Positions 10,951 through 20,525 of a stretch of 64,000 bases of DNA are shown in pieces. The stretch covers positions 24,073 through 88,072 of the forward strand of contig CALNYG010000015.1 in the NCBI GenBank assembly GCA_942490825.1. Direction: 5' to 3'. Each line of letters starts with the position of its first letter. Position 1 is the stretch's first letter. Source of the stretch: Candidatus Moraniibacteriota bacterium. GTDB taxonomy: Bacteria > Patescibacteriota > Minisyncoccia > Moranbacterales > GCA-2747515. A model generated the notes under the pieces. It was not told where the DNA came from, searched no databases, and saw nothing but the letters and a program-made list of their open reading frames with translations. The position numbers and the translations under genes are program-made.

Positions 10951-11340
10951 ATGGGTTTTTCAAAAAGAGCTGTTAAGGCGGTTATAAAAAATGAAAAAGG
11001 TGAAATATTATTTTTACAAAGAAATCCGAAAAGATCGGGAATTGATAATTGGGACTTTCCTGGAGGACTAATTGAAGATGGTGAAAATGAAAAAGATGCG
11101 TTAATCAGAGAATGTAAGGAAGAATTGAAAGTTGATGTTGAAATATCAGAAATTGGCAAGGGATGGAAATTTTTTAGACCTTCGGATAGTCAGTGGGTGG
11201 AGGTTCAAAATTATTATTGTAATATTCTTGAGGGTGAAATTTTTTTGAGTGATGAGCATGTTAATTATAAATGGGTGAAAAGAGAAGATGTTGAAAAATA
11301 TTCAGTTAAGGATGACAGTTTTTATGAGTCGTTAAATTGA
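10951..11340 (+). CDS. NUDIX hydrolase
   Basis: Nudix box 'GGLIEDGENEKDALIRECKEELKV'. Confidence 0.8.
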   Translation: MGFSKRAVKAVIKNEKGEILFLQRNPKRSGIDNWDFPGGLIEDGENEKDALIRECKEELKVDVEISEIGKGWKFFRPSDSQWVEVQNYYCNILEGEIFLSDEHVNYKWVKREDVEKYSVKDDSFYESLN

Positions 11341-11382
11341 TATTAAAAATTATCTTTAAATTTTCTTTAAACTCAAAGTATA

Positions 11383-11450
11383 GATTCCGGATAAATTATT
11401 TTCTATTTCATCGCTACGCTCTGAAAGAAAATATATTTTCCGGAATGACG
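11383..11450 (+). repeat. repeat family B, copy 1
   Basis: GATTCCGGATAAA...TTTTCCGGAATGAC, matching 53786-53840. Confidence 0.7.
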
Positions 11451-11462
11451 GATCTGGGGGAA

Positions 11463-11534
11463 GTGTTTTTCTGTGGGAGATTCTTCACTGCGTAATTTTG
11501 TCTGACGACAAAATTACTTCGTTCAGAATGACAG
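11463..11534 (+). repeat. repeat family A, copy 1 (MITE/REP-like)
   Basis: ttctgtggGAGATTCTTCAC, an 11-bp AT hairpin, then CGTTCAGAATGACAG. Eight copies in the window. Confidence 0.85.
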
Positions 11535-11546
11535 GCGACGTGTGCA

Positions 11547-11574
11547 GTAGGGAACGCACATGTGCGTTCCCTAC
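11547..11574. repeat. 28-nt perfect palindrome, family C, copy 1
   Basis: GTAGGGAACGCACA|TGTGCGTTCCCTAC, identical at 54142-54169. Confidence 0.85.
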
Positions 11575-11639
11575 GGAATGATATGTGAATTGGATGACAA
11601 AAAAGTTTCAGAGTTTCAAAAAATATTGAATGGTGAAAA

Positions 11640-11656
11640 GCCCGTGCGGCGAGCAC
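11640..11656 (+). repeat. repeat family D core, copy 1
   Basis: GCCCGTGCGGCGAGCAC; 11 copies in the window. Confidence 0.85.
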
Positions 11657-11706
11657 TTTTTTGAATAATGTGCTTTAATGATAGTTAAGGTTTTTAAATT
11701 AAAAAA

Positions 11707-11746
11707 AACGTTTTGGAACGGGTTATAAAACCCATGCCTGAGCAGG
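11707..11746 (+). repeat. repeat family I, copy 1
   Basis: aacgttttggaacGGGTTATAAAACCCatgCCTGagCAGG, related to 34894-34932 and 35897-35940. Confidence 0.6.
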
Positions 11747-11785
11747 TTAAAAGTAGTTATTTAGTGATTAATTAAGATATTTTTT

Positions 11786-12088
11786 ATGGTTAAAATTTTT
11801 TTCAATATGTTTATTAATAGAAATCCCCTATTAATATTCCTGTATCAAGTAGTTTGTTTGTTTCTTATATTTAGTATTTTGGTGGGTTTAAATATGGAGT
11901 TATTGTTGATTTTTTCAATAATTTTATTTATTATTTTTACTATTGTAATACTGAAAAAATATTTTAAGTTGAAAAATAAAAGAAGTAAAATTTATAATAT
12001 AATATGTATACTAATTAATATAGTATGGTTATTGATTTTATTTTTTGGTTTGTATGTTACTATATTGGTTACTTTTGTTGATGTTTAA
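11786..12088 (+). CDS. small hydrophobic hypothetical protein
   Basis: 100-aa ORF, predicted multi-TM, very AT-rich. Confidence 0.35.
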   Translation: MVKIFFNMFINRNPLLIFLYQVVCLFLIFSILVGLNMELLLIFSIILFIIFTIVILKKYFKLKNKRSKIYNIICILINIVWLLILFFGLYVTILVTFVDV

Positions 12089-12115
12089 ATAAATTAATTA
12101 CTAATAGATAAAATT

Positions 12116-13168
12116 ATGGCATTGCAAGTTGGAATTGTTGGTTTACCAAATGTGGGGAAATCGACTTTGTTTAAAGCGATTACTAAAAAAGCGGTGGATA
12201 TTAATAACTACCCGTTTTGTACGATTGAGCCGAATGTGGGTGTGGTGGAGGTTCCGGATGAGCGGATGGAAAAATTGAGTAAACTTTCTGGTTCGCGGAA
12301 AATTATTCCGGCGATTATTGAGTTTGTGGATATTGCGGGTTTGGTTGCGGGTGCGTCGAAAGGTGAAGGATTGGGAAATAAATTTTTGGCTAATATTCGA
12401 GAAGTTGATGCGATTATTCAGGTGGTGCGTGTTTTTGAGAATGATAATATTACACATGTTCATAATAAGATTGATCCATTGCGGGATATTGAGGTGATTG
12501 AGACGGAGTTGATTTTGGCGGATTTGTCGACGGTGGAAAAGACTATTCCTCGATTGGAAAAATTGGTGAAGAGTGGTGATAAAGATGCGGTTTCTCAGTT
12601 GGAATTGGTGAAAAAAATTCAGAGTATTTTAGATGAAGGTAAATTGGCAAATAGTATGGAAATTGATTTTTCACATCTGCCGAATAAACAGATTGTGGCG
12701 GAAATAAGTTTGTTGACGATGAAGCCTTTTTTGTATGTTTATAATGTTACGGATTTGGACGAGACTTTGGATGAAAATTTGGAGGGTCGATCGCATGTTA
12801 AATTGGATATTAAAACTGAGGAGGATTTATTGGATTTGAGTAAAGAGGAAGCTGAGGAATTGGAATTGAAATCTAATTTGAGTGATTTGATTCAGGGGGC
12901 TTATGATCTTTTAGGATTGCAGACTTATCTTACGACGGGAGAAGTGGAGACTCGAGCGTGGACGATTAAAAAGGGTTCGACGGCTCCTGAGGCTGGGGCG
13001 GCGATTCATACTGATTTTCAAGAGAGGTTTATTCGGGCGGATATTGTGAATTGTGATAAATTGATTGAATTGGGTTCTTGGGGTAAGGCGAGGGAGACTG
13101 GTGATTTGCAGACGGTGGGGAAGGATTATGTGATGGTGGATGGTGATGTTGTGGAGTTTAAGGTTTAG
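12116..13168 (+). CDS. ychF: ribosome-binding ATPase YchF (Obg-like)
   Basis: '[14 protein letters not shown]' P-loop, 'DIAGLV', and a C-terminal TGS-like '[14 protein letters not shown]'. Confidence 0.92.
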   Translation: MALQVGIVGLPNVGKSTLFKAITKKAVDINNYPFCTIEPNVGVVEVPDERMEKLSKLSGSRKIIPAIIEFVDIAGLVAGASKGEGLGNKFLANIREVDAIIQVVRVFENDNITHVHNKIDPLRDIEVIETELILADLSTVEKTIPRLEKLVKSGDKDAVSQLELVKKIQSILDEGKLANSMEIDFSHLPNKQIVAEISLLTMKPFLYVYNVTDLDETLDENLEGRSHVKLDIKTEEDLLDLSKEEAEELELKSNLSDLIQGAYDLLGLQTYLTTGEVETRAWTIKKGSTAPEAGAAIHTDFQERFIRADIVNCDKLIELGSWGKARETGDLQTVGKDYVMVDGDVVEFKV

Positions 13169-13189
13169 GAAAATTTTTTGGAAATAAAA

Positions 13190-13214
13190 AGAGCGATCCT
13201 TAGTGGGTCGCTCT
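13190..13214. terminator. hairpin between convergent ychF and 13234..13845
   Basis: AGAGCGATCC-ttagt-GGGTCGCTCT. The T run lies on the minus-strand side. Confidence 0.5.
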
Positions 13215-13233
13215 GTTGCTTTCAATGAAAGCG

Positions 13234-13845
13234 TTACCGTGATTTGATTTCGTCTCCATAGATTTCGTTGCTTGTTGTACTATCTAAGAATACTACCTCA
13301 TCTAACATTTCTTCAAGATCCCAAACATCAGTTTCATATTTGACTGTGTTTTGGCGGGTCTTGGCGGTATAGCCGTCTTCCCCTTTATAGATTCGGAGAG
13401 GCTCCCAAATTCGCTCGTTGTTGGACTGATAAAAATAAATTTGGAAAAGTAGATGATTGTCATTTACAAAACACTTTACATTTTCCTTACCGAAGAAAAA
13501 TTCCACAACTTTTTTTGTATAGCACTGATTGCGGATTTCTTTTCCTGTCAACAGTTCGCCATCTAGCGTTGGGTCGTCCATACTAATAGGAAAGAGCATT
13601 TTAGAAAATAGCTCTTGGAGAGATTCTGCAGTTATATCATAATCGGCATAGTAATTGTTCCTGTTGAAGTGTACATAAAATAAATCGAACATTGGTTCGT
13701 CTATACGATTATAATACCTAAATTCGAACAAATTAAGGTCAATGTTATTTTTTTTGGGAGAATATATGATTTTTTCTCGTCCAAAAAAAATTTTGGCAAA
13801 GCTTGTGAAAGTAGGACAGTCTTCAATAACATGTATATCTTTCAT
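13234..13845 (-). CDS. hypothetical protein with internal duplication
   Basis: 203 aa with a strong SD (AAGGAGG). Two similar halves, 'IFFGREKIIYSPKKNN..LFEFRYYN' and 'FFFGKENVKCFVNDNH.LFQIYFYQ'. Visibly GC-richer than its neighbours. Confidence 0.5.
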   Translation of the reverse strand: MKDIHVIEDCPTFTSFAKIFFGREKIIYSPKKNNIDLNLFEFRYYNRIDEPMFDLFYVHFNRNNYYADYDITAESLQELFSKMLFPISMDDPTLDGELLTGKEIRNQCYTKKVVEFFFGKENVKCFVNDNHLLFQIYFYQSNNERIWEPLRIYKGEDGYTAKTRQNTVKYETDVWDLEEMLDEVVFLDSTTSNEIYGDEIKSR

Positions 13846-14136
13846 TTGTGTAGCCTCCTTTACAATTTTGTGGTAAGTACTCTATTTAATTTTTACCTAC
13901 ATTCCTTTTTGAATTAGGACAGTAGCTACTAGTTAATAAGCCTTATTTTATAAGAAAAACTAATAACCTGCCTATCTCAAAAAGGGATAAAAATGCTTTA
14001 TTTAAAGTATTCTAAGCTCTTATTAAGATATTATACTTGTAAAAGCCTTTTGGCGACAAGCTTTTGCTGGGTGTCCTAATTGACTGTTGCGGGTAGGTTA
14101 AAGTCTAACAAGTCATTTTACATTATTATCATTATT

Positions 14137-14165
14137 TTGTCAAGCTAAATTTTCTGTGATAAAAT
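14137..14165 (+). promoter_or_regulatory. sigma70-type promoter
   Basis: TTGTCA, 17-nt spacer, TGa-TAAAAT extended -10. Confidence 0.55.
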
Positions 14166-14196
14166 AAGATAAGTCATAAAAATAATTTAAAAAATA

Positions 14197-16401
14197 ATGA
14201 AAAAAAGAATAATAATTTTAGGAATAATAATCCTAATAATAATTGCGTCAGTTTGGGCAGGGTTAAAGTTTTTTAAAAAACAAATAATTACATTTGAAAC
14301 AGTAAAAATAGTTTCTTATGATTTGACAAAAAACAGTCATGTCAAAGATGAGTCAATCGCATCAGGAACAATTATTTCCAAAGACGGATTAATCTTAACC
14401 AATCATCACGTAGTAACAGATGAAAATGAAGAAAGTTACGAAACATTTGCAATTTGCATTACTGAAGACGAAAAAGAAGAGCCATATTGTACACACACTG
14501 CATCTTTGATTGCAAAAAATGAAAGTTTAGACATCGCTTTATTAAAAATAAATGACAAGGATATTTTTGGTGAAGAAGCTGGAAAATTTGATTATTTAGA
14601 TTACAAAGGGAAAAAAGTTGATGTGGACGAGGAAGTGACTGTAATTGGTTTTCCTGGAATTGGAGGAAAAACACTTACTTCGACTCAAGGACAAATTAGT
14701 GGTTACGAAGAAAAAGAAGGAACTAAATTTTTAAAAATAGATGCAAAAATTGATCAGGGAAATTCAGGTGGAACAGTGAAAAATTCTAGAGGCAAGTTTG
14801 TTGGTGTACCATCTTTCTTAAAAAGCAATTATGAGACTTTAGGTTACATCATTCCATTGGAAGCAGTTCAAGATTTTATTGAAGAAAATAAAGAAAAAGA
14901 TTCAGAAAAAGATGATTTTGCAATTAAGTTGCTAAATACTTTTTTACAAAGAAAATATACAGCTGAAAAAGATAGAATTTATAAATCTAGCTTTTATCCA
15001 TATTATGAAGTGAATATTCCAGAAGCTTGGGAGGTTGAATATGTAAATTCAGAAAGCATTTCTTTAAAACAAACAATTAATGGTAAAGATGTTAATTTCT
15101 CAATTATGTTAGGTAGAGACAGTACTGAGATACCTCAAGATTTCATTAATGTAACTTTAGAACAGATTGAAAAAAATAAACATCAGTTGAAAAATTACAG
15201 CAGAGAAGATGTTGATTTTAATGGTTTTAAAGGTTATAAAATAAAATTTGAAATGGGTGGTGAACATACGGGAATGTTTATAGGAATCAAAGAAAATGTC
15301 GGATTTGTCTATAATTATACTTATTCTGGAGAAATTAAAGACGAGGGTGAAGAGGCGATAAATAATTTGCTGAGCGCAATTAATTTTTTGGATCAAGAAA
15401 ATGATACTGAAAAAAATAAACGGAAGGCAGTTAATCAAAATCCAAAAGCTAGCATTGAGTCTTTTGATGATTTTTATATTACTTATGTTGATAATAATGT
15501 TCGGGATGAAGACGTTATTTTTTCTATTAGTTCACCAAGTTTTGTGGAAATGAAACTTCATATTTCTGAATATTTTTTACCGAAAGATTTTTGGAATATG
15601 TCTGAGGAAGAAATTTTTGATGAAGAATTACAGAATTTATCTCAGTCATATGCAATAACGGATAAATACAAAGATATTCAAATAAATGGAATGAAAGGTT
15701 TTGGTTTTACGTATTCATATATTTATGATGATATTAAAAAGCCTCACAAGGTTACGCAACTTTTTCTATTTAAAAATAATAAGGAAATTATAGAGATTAT
15801 TTATGACGATTTAGAACAAAATCATGACAGTAATATTGAGACTTTTGTGAAAACTATTAGCACTTTTAAATATGAAGATAATGAGGGTGAAACAGTTTTA
15901 CCTCAATTTAAGGCTGTATATAATGATTTGAAAAATTATATTTATGAGAGCGAAATTAGTAGTTTGATCAACCATGGAGTTTTAAGTTTTGAGAATGAGA
16001 GTTTTTTGCCAGAAAAAAATATTTTAGGTAAAGAAGTTTTGTTTTCTGTTTTGAAGAGTAAAATTTTTATTGAAAAAGGTAGAAACTCAACTGAAACTTT
16101 AGATGCAATTAAGGTTGATGGATTTTTTGATTATGCGGAAAAAAGAGGGATCATTGATGCATCATTTAATCGAGAGGGAAATGTGAATTTAGGGCAAGTG
16201 TTGAAAATAATGTGTAAAGCTTATGAACTGCCAGTTTGGGAGCCACCGTATTCAGTGGAGAGCAATTTGCCTTATTATTATAAATGGTCTACTATGAAAT
16301 ATTCAGTGGCTGTTGATAAAAATGAAATTTTGACTAGGGGAAATTTTTCAGCAGTTTTGTATTATTTTATGCAATCAGCAGGGGAGCGGAAGGATTTTTA
16401 A
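14197..16401 (+). CDS. membrane-anchored trypsin-like (S1C/HtrA-like) serine protease with a long C-terminal extension
   Basis: N-terminal TM. Catalytic triad context 'LTNHHVV', 'DIALLKI' and 'DQGNSGG'. About 500 further aa of unknown function. Confidence 0.7.
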   Translation: MKKRIIILGIIILIIIASVWAGLKFFKKQIITFETVKIVSYDLTKNSHVKDESIASGTIISKDGLILTNHHVVTDENEESYETFAICITEDEKEEPYCTHTASLIAKNESLDIALLKINDKDIFGEEAGKFDYLDYKGKKVDVDEEVTVIGFPGIGGKTLTSTQGQISGYEEKEGTKFLKIDAKIDQGNSGGTVKNSRGKFVGVPSFLKSNYETLGYIIPLEAVQDFIEENKEKDSEKDDFAIKLLNTFLQRKYTAEKDRIYKSSFYPYYEVNIPEAWEVEYVNSESISLKQTINGKDVNFSIMLGRDSTEIPQDFINVTLEQIEKNKHQLKNYSREDVDFNGFKGYKIKFEMGGEHTGMFIGIKENVGFVYNYTYSGEIKDEGEEAINNLLSAINFLDQENDTEKNKRKAVNQNPKASIESFDDFYITYVDNNVRDEDVIFSISSPSFVEMKLHISEYFLPKDFWNMSEEEIFDEELQNLSQSYAITDKYKDIQINGMKGFGFTYSYIYDDIKKPHKVTQLFLFKNNKEIIEIIYDDLEQNHDSNIETFVKTISTFKYEDNEGETVLPQFKAVYNDLKNYIYESEISSLINHGVLSFENESFLPEKNILGKEVLFSVLKSKIFIEKGRNSTETLDAIKVDGFFDYAEKRGIIDASFNREGNVNLGQVLKIMCKAYELPVWEPPYSVESNLPYYYKWSTMKYSVAVDKNEILTRGNFSAVLYYFMQSAGERKDF

Positions 16402-16512
16402 TGGGACAGGTTTGCTGGGTATTTGTGGAATTAATAAAATAAATATTGTGAAGGGGTTTGTTGGTTCTGGTATAATAATCTATAATGAAATAATTAGTTT
16501 TAAATTAATTTT

Positions 16513-18363
16513 ATGAAAGAACAAAAAAAAGTTTTACTTTTATCTGTGTTAGTTGCTGTTTTTTTAACAGCTTTTGTGGTTAGTTCGGCAATGTTTTATT
16601 TTCTCTATAGCAATAAGGGCGTTAGTTCTGTTGATCAGAATAAGAGGTTGAAGCAGGAATTATTTGTTACAGAAGAACTTGATAAGTCTGATTATCTTGA
16701 GAGAAATTTAAAAACTGAATTGGCTGAAGAAAATGTTGTTGAAAATAAAGAGGTTGATGCTGGGGCTCCAGCGTTTATTTTCAAAGGAGCGGTTGACTGG
16801 AAAAAACCAGAAAAGGTCGAGAATTTGGGATATTTAAAGGGCTTGGCGGTGGGTGAATGTGAAAAGGTTTCTGCTGATGTGGAATATTATTCAGTAGGAA
16901 AAGTAAAATCAGGAACTTATAAAGATTGGAATTTGTATAGCGTAAGAATGCCAAGTTGTGGAATGGGTGTGTATTATAATTTTTTTAAGATTTTAGTTAA
17001 TGGGGATGAAGTAGTTTTTTTAAAGGGTTATGAAAGATTTGAAGACTATGAATTTAATTTATTGAAAAAGGCAATCATTGGTGGAGAATCGCAAAATAGA
17101 ATTATTAATGGAAATATAGCGATTGAGGATTTAAATTTTCCAGATGAATTAAGTTTTAATTCGGGAGAGATTGCTTTAAATAAAAAGGGTTTTGAGGACA
17201 GTTTTTTTACGAATCAGTCTTATAATATTTTAAAGAAAGCTTTTGTGTCTGAATATGGACAGGTATGGGTTACAGATAGAGCAAAAGCAGAAAATTTATA
17301 TTCAAATAAAAAAGATAAAACAGAAGAAGATCGTAAAAATTATGCTATTTTTGACACAGATGCTTTTTACATAAAATCTCCGGATGGAAATGTCGTTTTA
17401 TATAAAATTAATTTTGATTCGATAGCTCATTCAAATGAAAAAAGCAATAATGTAGCTATGTTGTTGGCAACTTGGAATGATGGAGTAAGAAATAATGCTA
17501 ATTATGAATTGTATCCATTGGGATGCGGTTCAACAAAATATAGCTATGATTTCAGCGGTACTTATTTAGATGTTAGGAATGATTTGCAAATTATAGGAAA
17601 GGCGGATAATGAAGATCCTATTTATGGTTTTAAAGACACTTCTCATCCAGAATTTAAGAATCTTTATAAAGATATTTATTATGAAAGAAGTGGAGAAAAA
17701 AAGTCAGAGGAAGAGTTTTTAAAAACGCATCCACAAGTTTTTTGGGTGGATCCTTTTGGAAGATTACTATCTTTTTATTCAACTGATATAATTTCTCCAG
17801 CGGAATGCGGAAAGCCAGTAATTTATCTTTATCCAGAAGAAGAAATGGATGTGCATGTTCAGGTTTCTCCAGGGAATGGTTTTACAATTACTGATCCAGA
17901 TTATGGTGAAAACGGGTGGTTTGTGAAGGCAAGTCCAAATGGTGATTTAATGAATTATGTGGACGGTGAAAAATATCCATATCTTTTTTGGGAAGGTCAC
18001 GGAGATGAACTTTATTTTAAGCCACAAAAAGGTTTTGTAGTTAGTCCAGATGATTTAGATAATTTTTTTGATGATAAATTAAGTGAGCTAGGTTTAAATG
18101 AACAGGAAATTTTTGATTTTAAAGAATTCTGGGTTTCAAAAATGAAAGAAGAAAATAAGAATTATTATTTTATAACATTTTTATCTGAAGGATTTATAAA
18201 TAAGTTAGCTCCGTTAAAAGTTGAGCCTAAGCCAGATTCAGTTATTAGAATTTTGATGGACTATGAGGGATTAGATGATTACAAAGAGGTTGAGCAGCAG
18301 AAATTTATCACTCCAAAAAGAGATGGATTTACTGTTGTTGAGTGGGGAGGAATGTTACATTAA
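16513..18363 (+). CDS. hypothetical N-terminally anchored protein (616 aa)
   Basis: Long ORF with an N-terminal TM helix and no recognised motif. Confidence 0.5.
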   Translation: MKEQKKVLLLSVLVAVFLTAFVVSSAMFYFLYSNKGVSSVDQNKRLKQELFVTEELDKSDYLERNLKTELAEENVVENKEVDAGAPAFIFKGAVDWKKPEKVENLGYLKGLAVGECEKVSADVEYYSVGKVKSGTYKDWNLYSVRMPSCGMGVYYNFFKILVNGDEVVFLKGYERFEDYEFNLLKKAIIGGESQNRIINGNIAIEDLNFPDELSFNSGEIALNKKGFEDSFFTNQSYNILKKAFVSEYGQVWVTDRAKAENLYSNKKDKTEEDRKNYAIFDTDAFYIKSPDGNVVLYKINFDSIAHSNEKSNNVAMLLATWNDGVRNNANYELYPLGCGSTKYSYDFSGTYLDVRNDLQIIGKADNEDPIYGFKDTSHPEFKNLYKDIYYERSGEKKSEEEFLKTHPQVFWVDPFGRLLSFYSTDIISPAECGKPVIYLYPEEEMDVHVQVSPGNGFTITDPDYGENGWFVKASPNGDLMNYVDGEKYPYLFWEGHGDELYFKPQKGFVVSPDDLDNFFDDKLSELGLNEQEIFDFKEFWVSKMKEENKNYYFITFLSEGFINKLAPLKVEPKPDSVIRILMDYEGLDDYKEVEQQKFITPKRDGFTVVEWGGMLH

Positions 18364-18377
18364 AATTATTATTCAAT

Positions 18378-18406
18378 CAATAAAGAGCCTTAATGGCTCT
18401 TTATTG
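18378..18406 (+). terminator. hairpin terminator
   Basis: CAATAAAGAGCC-ttaat-GGCTCTTTATTG, a 12-bp stem. Confidence 0.5.
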
Positions 18407-18420
18407 AAATACTTTTAGAT

Positions 18421-20250
18421 ATGAAAAAAAATATAGTTTACATTTTCTTTATGGTTTTACTGGGTGCCTTTTTGGGTTGGTTGGCTATATTTTTTTATTT
18501 TAATTTTTATTCATCTTATCAAGGAGATATTCAAGAAAAATCTTTGGAGATCTCAAATTCTATTAGTGAAGAAAATTCAGAAATTTCTAATCAAAAATTA
18601 AAAGTAGGTGCTTTTATAACTCCTCATCATTTAGTCGCTGAAGATTTAATTGAAGAAGCGTTTAAAAAAACAGCTGGTGAAAATGAAAAATCAAAAATTG
18701 ATAGAATTGTTTTAATTTCTCCAAATCATTTTAATTCAGGTGGTGGAAATTTTATTACTTCTGATCAAGATTGGGATTTAGAAAATGGTAAAATTTTAGC
18801 AGATAAAAAGGTAATTAATCTTTTACATGAGAATAATTTAGCTTATTTGCAAAATGATGTTTTTTATCAGGAACATGGAATCACAGCACTACTTCCTTTT
18901 GTTAAAAAATATTATGATGAAATTCCTATTGTTGTTTTGATGATTAGAGATGGAACGAGCGAGGATGAGATAGATAAATTGGCAGATTTTTTTAATTCTG
19001 AAAAAGTGGAAGGTAATACTTTAATGATTTTATCTTCAGATTTTAGCCATGAATTGGATAAAAATATTTCTTTTGTGCATGATCAGGTGGCTATTGATGC
19101 AATTCAAAATTTTGATTTTGATAGTATCAGTGCTTTGGAAACTGACTGTTTAGGAGGTTTGCGATTGGTTTTGAAGTTTGCTCAGGATAATAATTTAAAT
19201 AATTTTAATTTATTGAACAATAGTAACTCTTCAGAAATATATAATAAATTCTTCATTGGGGAAAATACAAGCTATGTTACTGGTTATTTTTCAAATAAGA
19301 AAGATAATAATTTTAATGAGAATAAGTCGCGTCCAATAAGTTTTTTGTTCGGTGGTGATGTGATGTTGGATAGAAGTATTCGTTTGGGAATTAATAAAAA
19401 AGGGATAAAATTTTTAACAGAAAAAATTGATAGACTTTTTTCGGCACAAGATATTGTTATGATCAATTTAGAAGGTCCAGTCACTTCTAATGATTCAGTT
19501 TCAAATGTTTTGATGGATAGTCCAAATCATTTTCGATTTACTTTCGATAAAGATCAGACTGAGGAATTTTTTGACTTGAACAATATAAATGCTGTTAGTG
19601 CTGGAAATAATCATATTTATAATTTTGGCGAAGAGGGTGAACAGGAGACTAGAAATTTTTTAGAGGAGAATGATATTACTTATACTGGAATGCCAAATAT
19701 GCCAGAAGATAATTCTGGAATAAAAGAAATTAAAGGCAAAAATATTGCTTTTGTGACTTATAATTATGCAGCGGGATTGACTGAAGATCAGGTTGTTGAA
19801 GAAATTAAAAAGATGAAAAATGAAAGTGATTTTGTGGTGGTGTATACTCATTGGGGTTTGGAGTATCATTTGCGTGAATCTGAGAGTCAGCGAAGTTTGG
19901 CTCATATGTTTGTGGATGCTGGGGCGGATGTGATTATTGGCTCTCATCCTCATGTTGTTCAGCCAGTTGAAGTTTATAAGAATAAGGCTATTTTTTATTC
20001 TTTGGGGAATATGATTTTTGATCAGTATTTTTCTCAGGATGTTCGAGATAGATTGATGGTTGATTTGCTTTTGGAAGATGATAGGATTAGTTTTGTTTTG
20101 GTGCCGTTGTATGCGAATAGTGATGGTAGTTTGGAGTTGATGAATGAGGATCAGAGGGATGTTTTTTTGAATCGGATTGCGGAGGATTCTGGTGTTGATG
20201 ATATAATAAGAGATGAAATTAAGAAAGGAATGTTTTCTTTGGATTTTTGA
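18421..20250 (+). CDS. fusion protein: Memo/AmmeMemoRadiSam-B-like domain + CapA-type (PGA_cap) metallophosphatase domain
   Basis: N-terminal half has 'ITPHHLVA', 'ISPNHF', 'QEHGITALLPF' and 'SSDFSHEL'. C-terminal half has 'GGDVMLDR', 'NLEGP', 'AGNNH', 'THWGLEY', 'GSHPHVVQP' and 'YSLGNMIF'. Confidence 0.65.
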   Translation: MKKNIVYIFFMVLLGAFLGWLAIFFYFNFYSSYQGDIQEKSLEISNSISEENSEISNQKLKVGAFITPHHLVAEDLIEEAFKKTAGENEKSKIDRIVLISPNHFNSGGGNFITSDQDWDLENGKILADKKVINLLHENNLAYLQNDVFYQEHGITALLPFVKKYYDEIPIVVLMIRDGTSEDEIDKLADFFNSEKVEGNTLMILSSDFSHELDKNISFVHDQVAIDAIQNFDFDSISALETDCLGGLRLVLKFAQDNNLNNFNLLNNSNSSEIYNKFFIGENTSYVTGYFSNKKDNNFNENKSRPISFLFGGDVMLDRSIRLGINKKGIKFLTEKIDRLFSAQDIVMINLEGPVTSNDSVSNVLMDSPNHFRFTFDKDQTEEFFDLNNINAVSAGNNHIYNFGEEGEQETRNFLEENDITYTGMPNMPEDNSGIKEIKGKNIAFVTYNYAAGLTEDQVVEEIKKMKNESDFVVVYTHWGLEYHLRESESQRSLAHMFVDAGADVIIGSHPHVVQPVEVYKNKAIFYSLGNMIFDQYFSQDVRDRLMVDLLLEDDRISFVLVPLYANSDGSLELMNEDQRDVFLNRIAEDSGVDDIIRDEIKKGMFSLDF

Positions 20251-20263
20251 AAATAAAAAAGTG

Positions 20264-20320
20264 TGTCATTCTGAGCGTAATAAATTTATCGTAGATAAAT
20301 TTATGAAGTGAAGAATCTCA
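20264..20320 (-). repeat. repeat family A, copy 2 (inverted orientation)
   Basis: TGTCATTCTGAGCG, hairpin ATAAATTTATC/GATAAATTTAT, then GAAGTGAAGAATCTC. Confidence 0.8.
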
Positions 20321-20349
20321 GTGAGTTTTTCTGATACTCGAAGTGTATT

Positions 20350-20418
20350 GATTTTCTGTGGGAGATTCTTCACTGCATAAAATTTTTTTAAAAAATTTTA
20401 CTTCGTTCAGAATGACAT
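20350..20418 (+). repeat. repeat family A, copy 3
   Basis: gattttctgtgggaGATTCTTCACtgcataaaattttttt aaaaaattttacttCGTTCAGAATGACAt. Confidence 0.85.
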
Positions 20419-20428
20419 TTAACAAAAA

Positions 20429-20501
20429 GGGCCATTAGCTCATCTGGTAGAGTGCATCCATGGCATGGATGAGGTGGTCGGTTCGAGTCCGACATGGTCC
20501 A
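20429..20501 (+). tRNA. tRNA-Ala (anticodon GGC)
   Basis: Manual cloverleaf: acceptor GGGCCAT/ATGGTCC with G3:U70, anticodon arm CATCC-AT GGC AT-GGATG, T arm GTCGG-TTCGAGT-CCGAC. No encoded CCA. Confidence 0.85.
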
Positions 20502-20525
20502 CAATAATTTTAAAAATATTTTATA

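Noticed and set aside
11414-11656. 80-aa ORF, and the similar 65-aa ORF at 54093..54290
   Set aside because: Both are made entirely of repeat families A/C/D. The shared peptide 'SFRRERTCAFPT' is simply the translated family C palindrome.
11383-11760. Dispersed palindromic repeats (families A-I) as additional CRISPR arrays
   Set aside because: The copies are scattered singly or in mixed mosaics, with no regular repeat-spacer periodicity.
14040-14115. GC-richer patch in the 13846-14196 intergenic region as an ncRNA or riboswitch
   Set aside because: I could identify no conserved motif, convincing fold or second copy. It is kept only as context for the neighbouring orphan gene.
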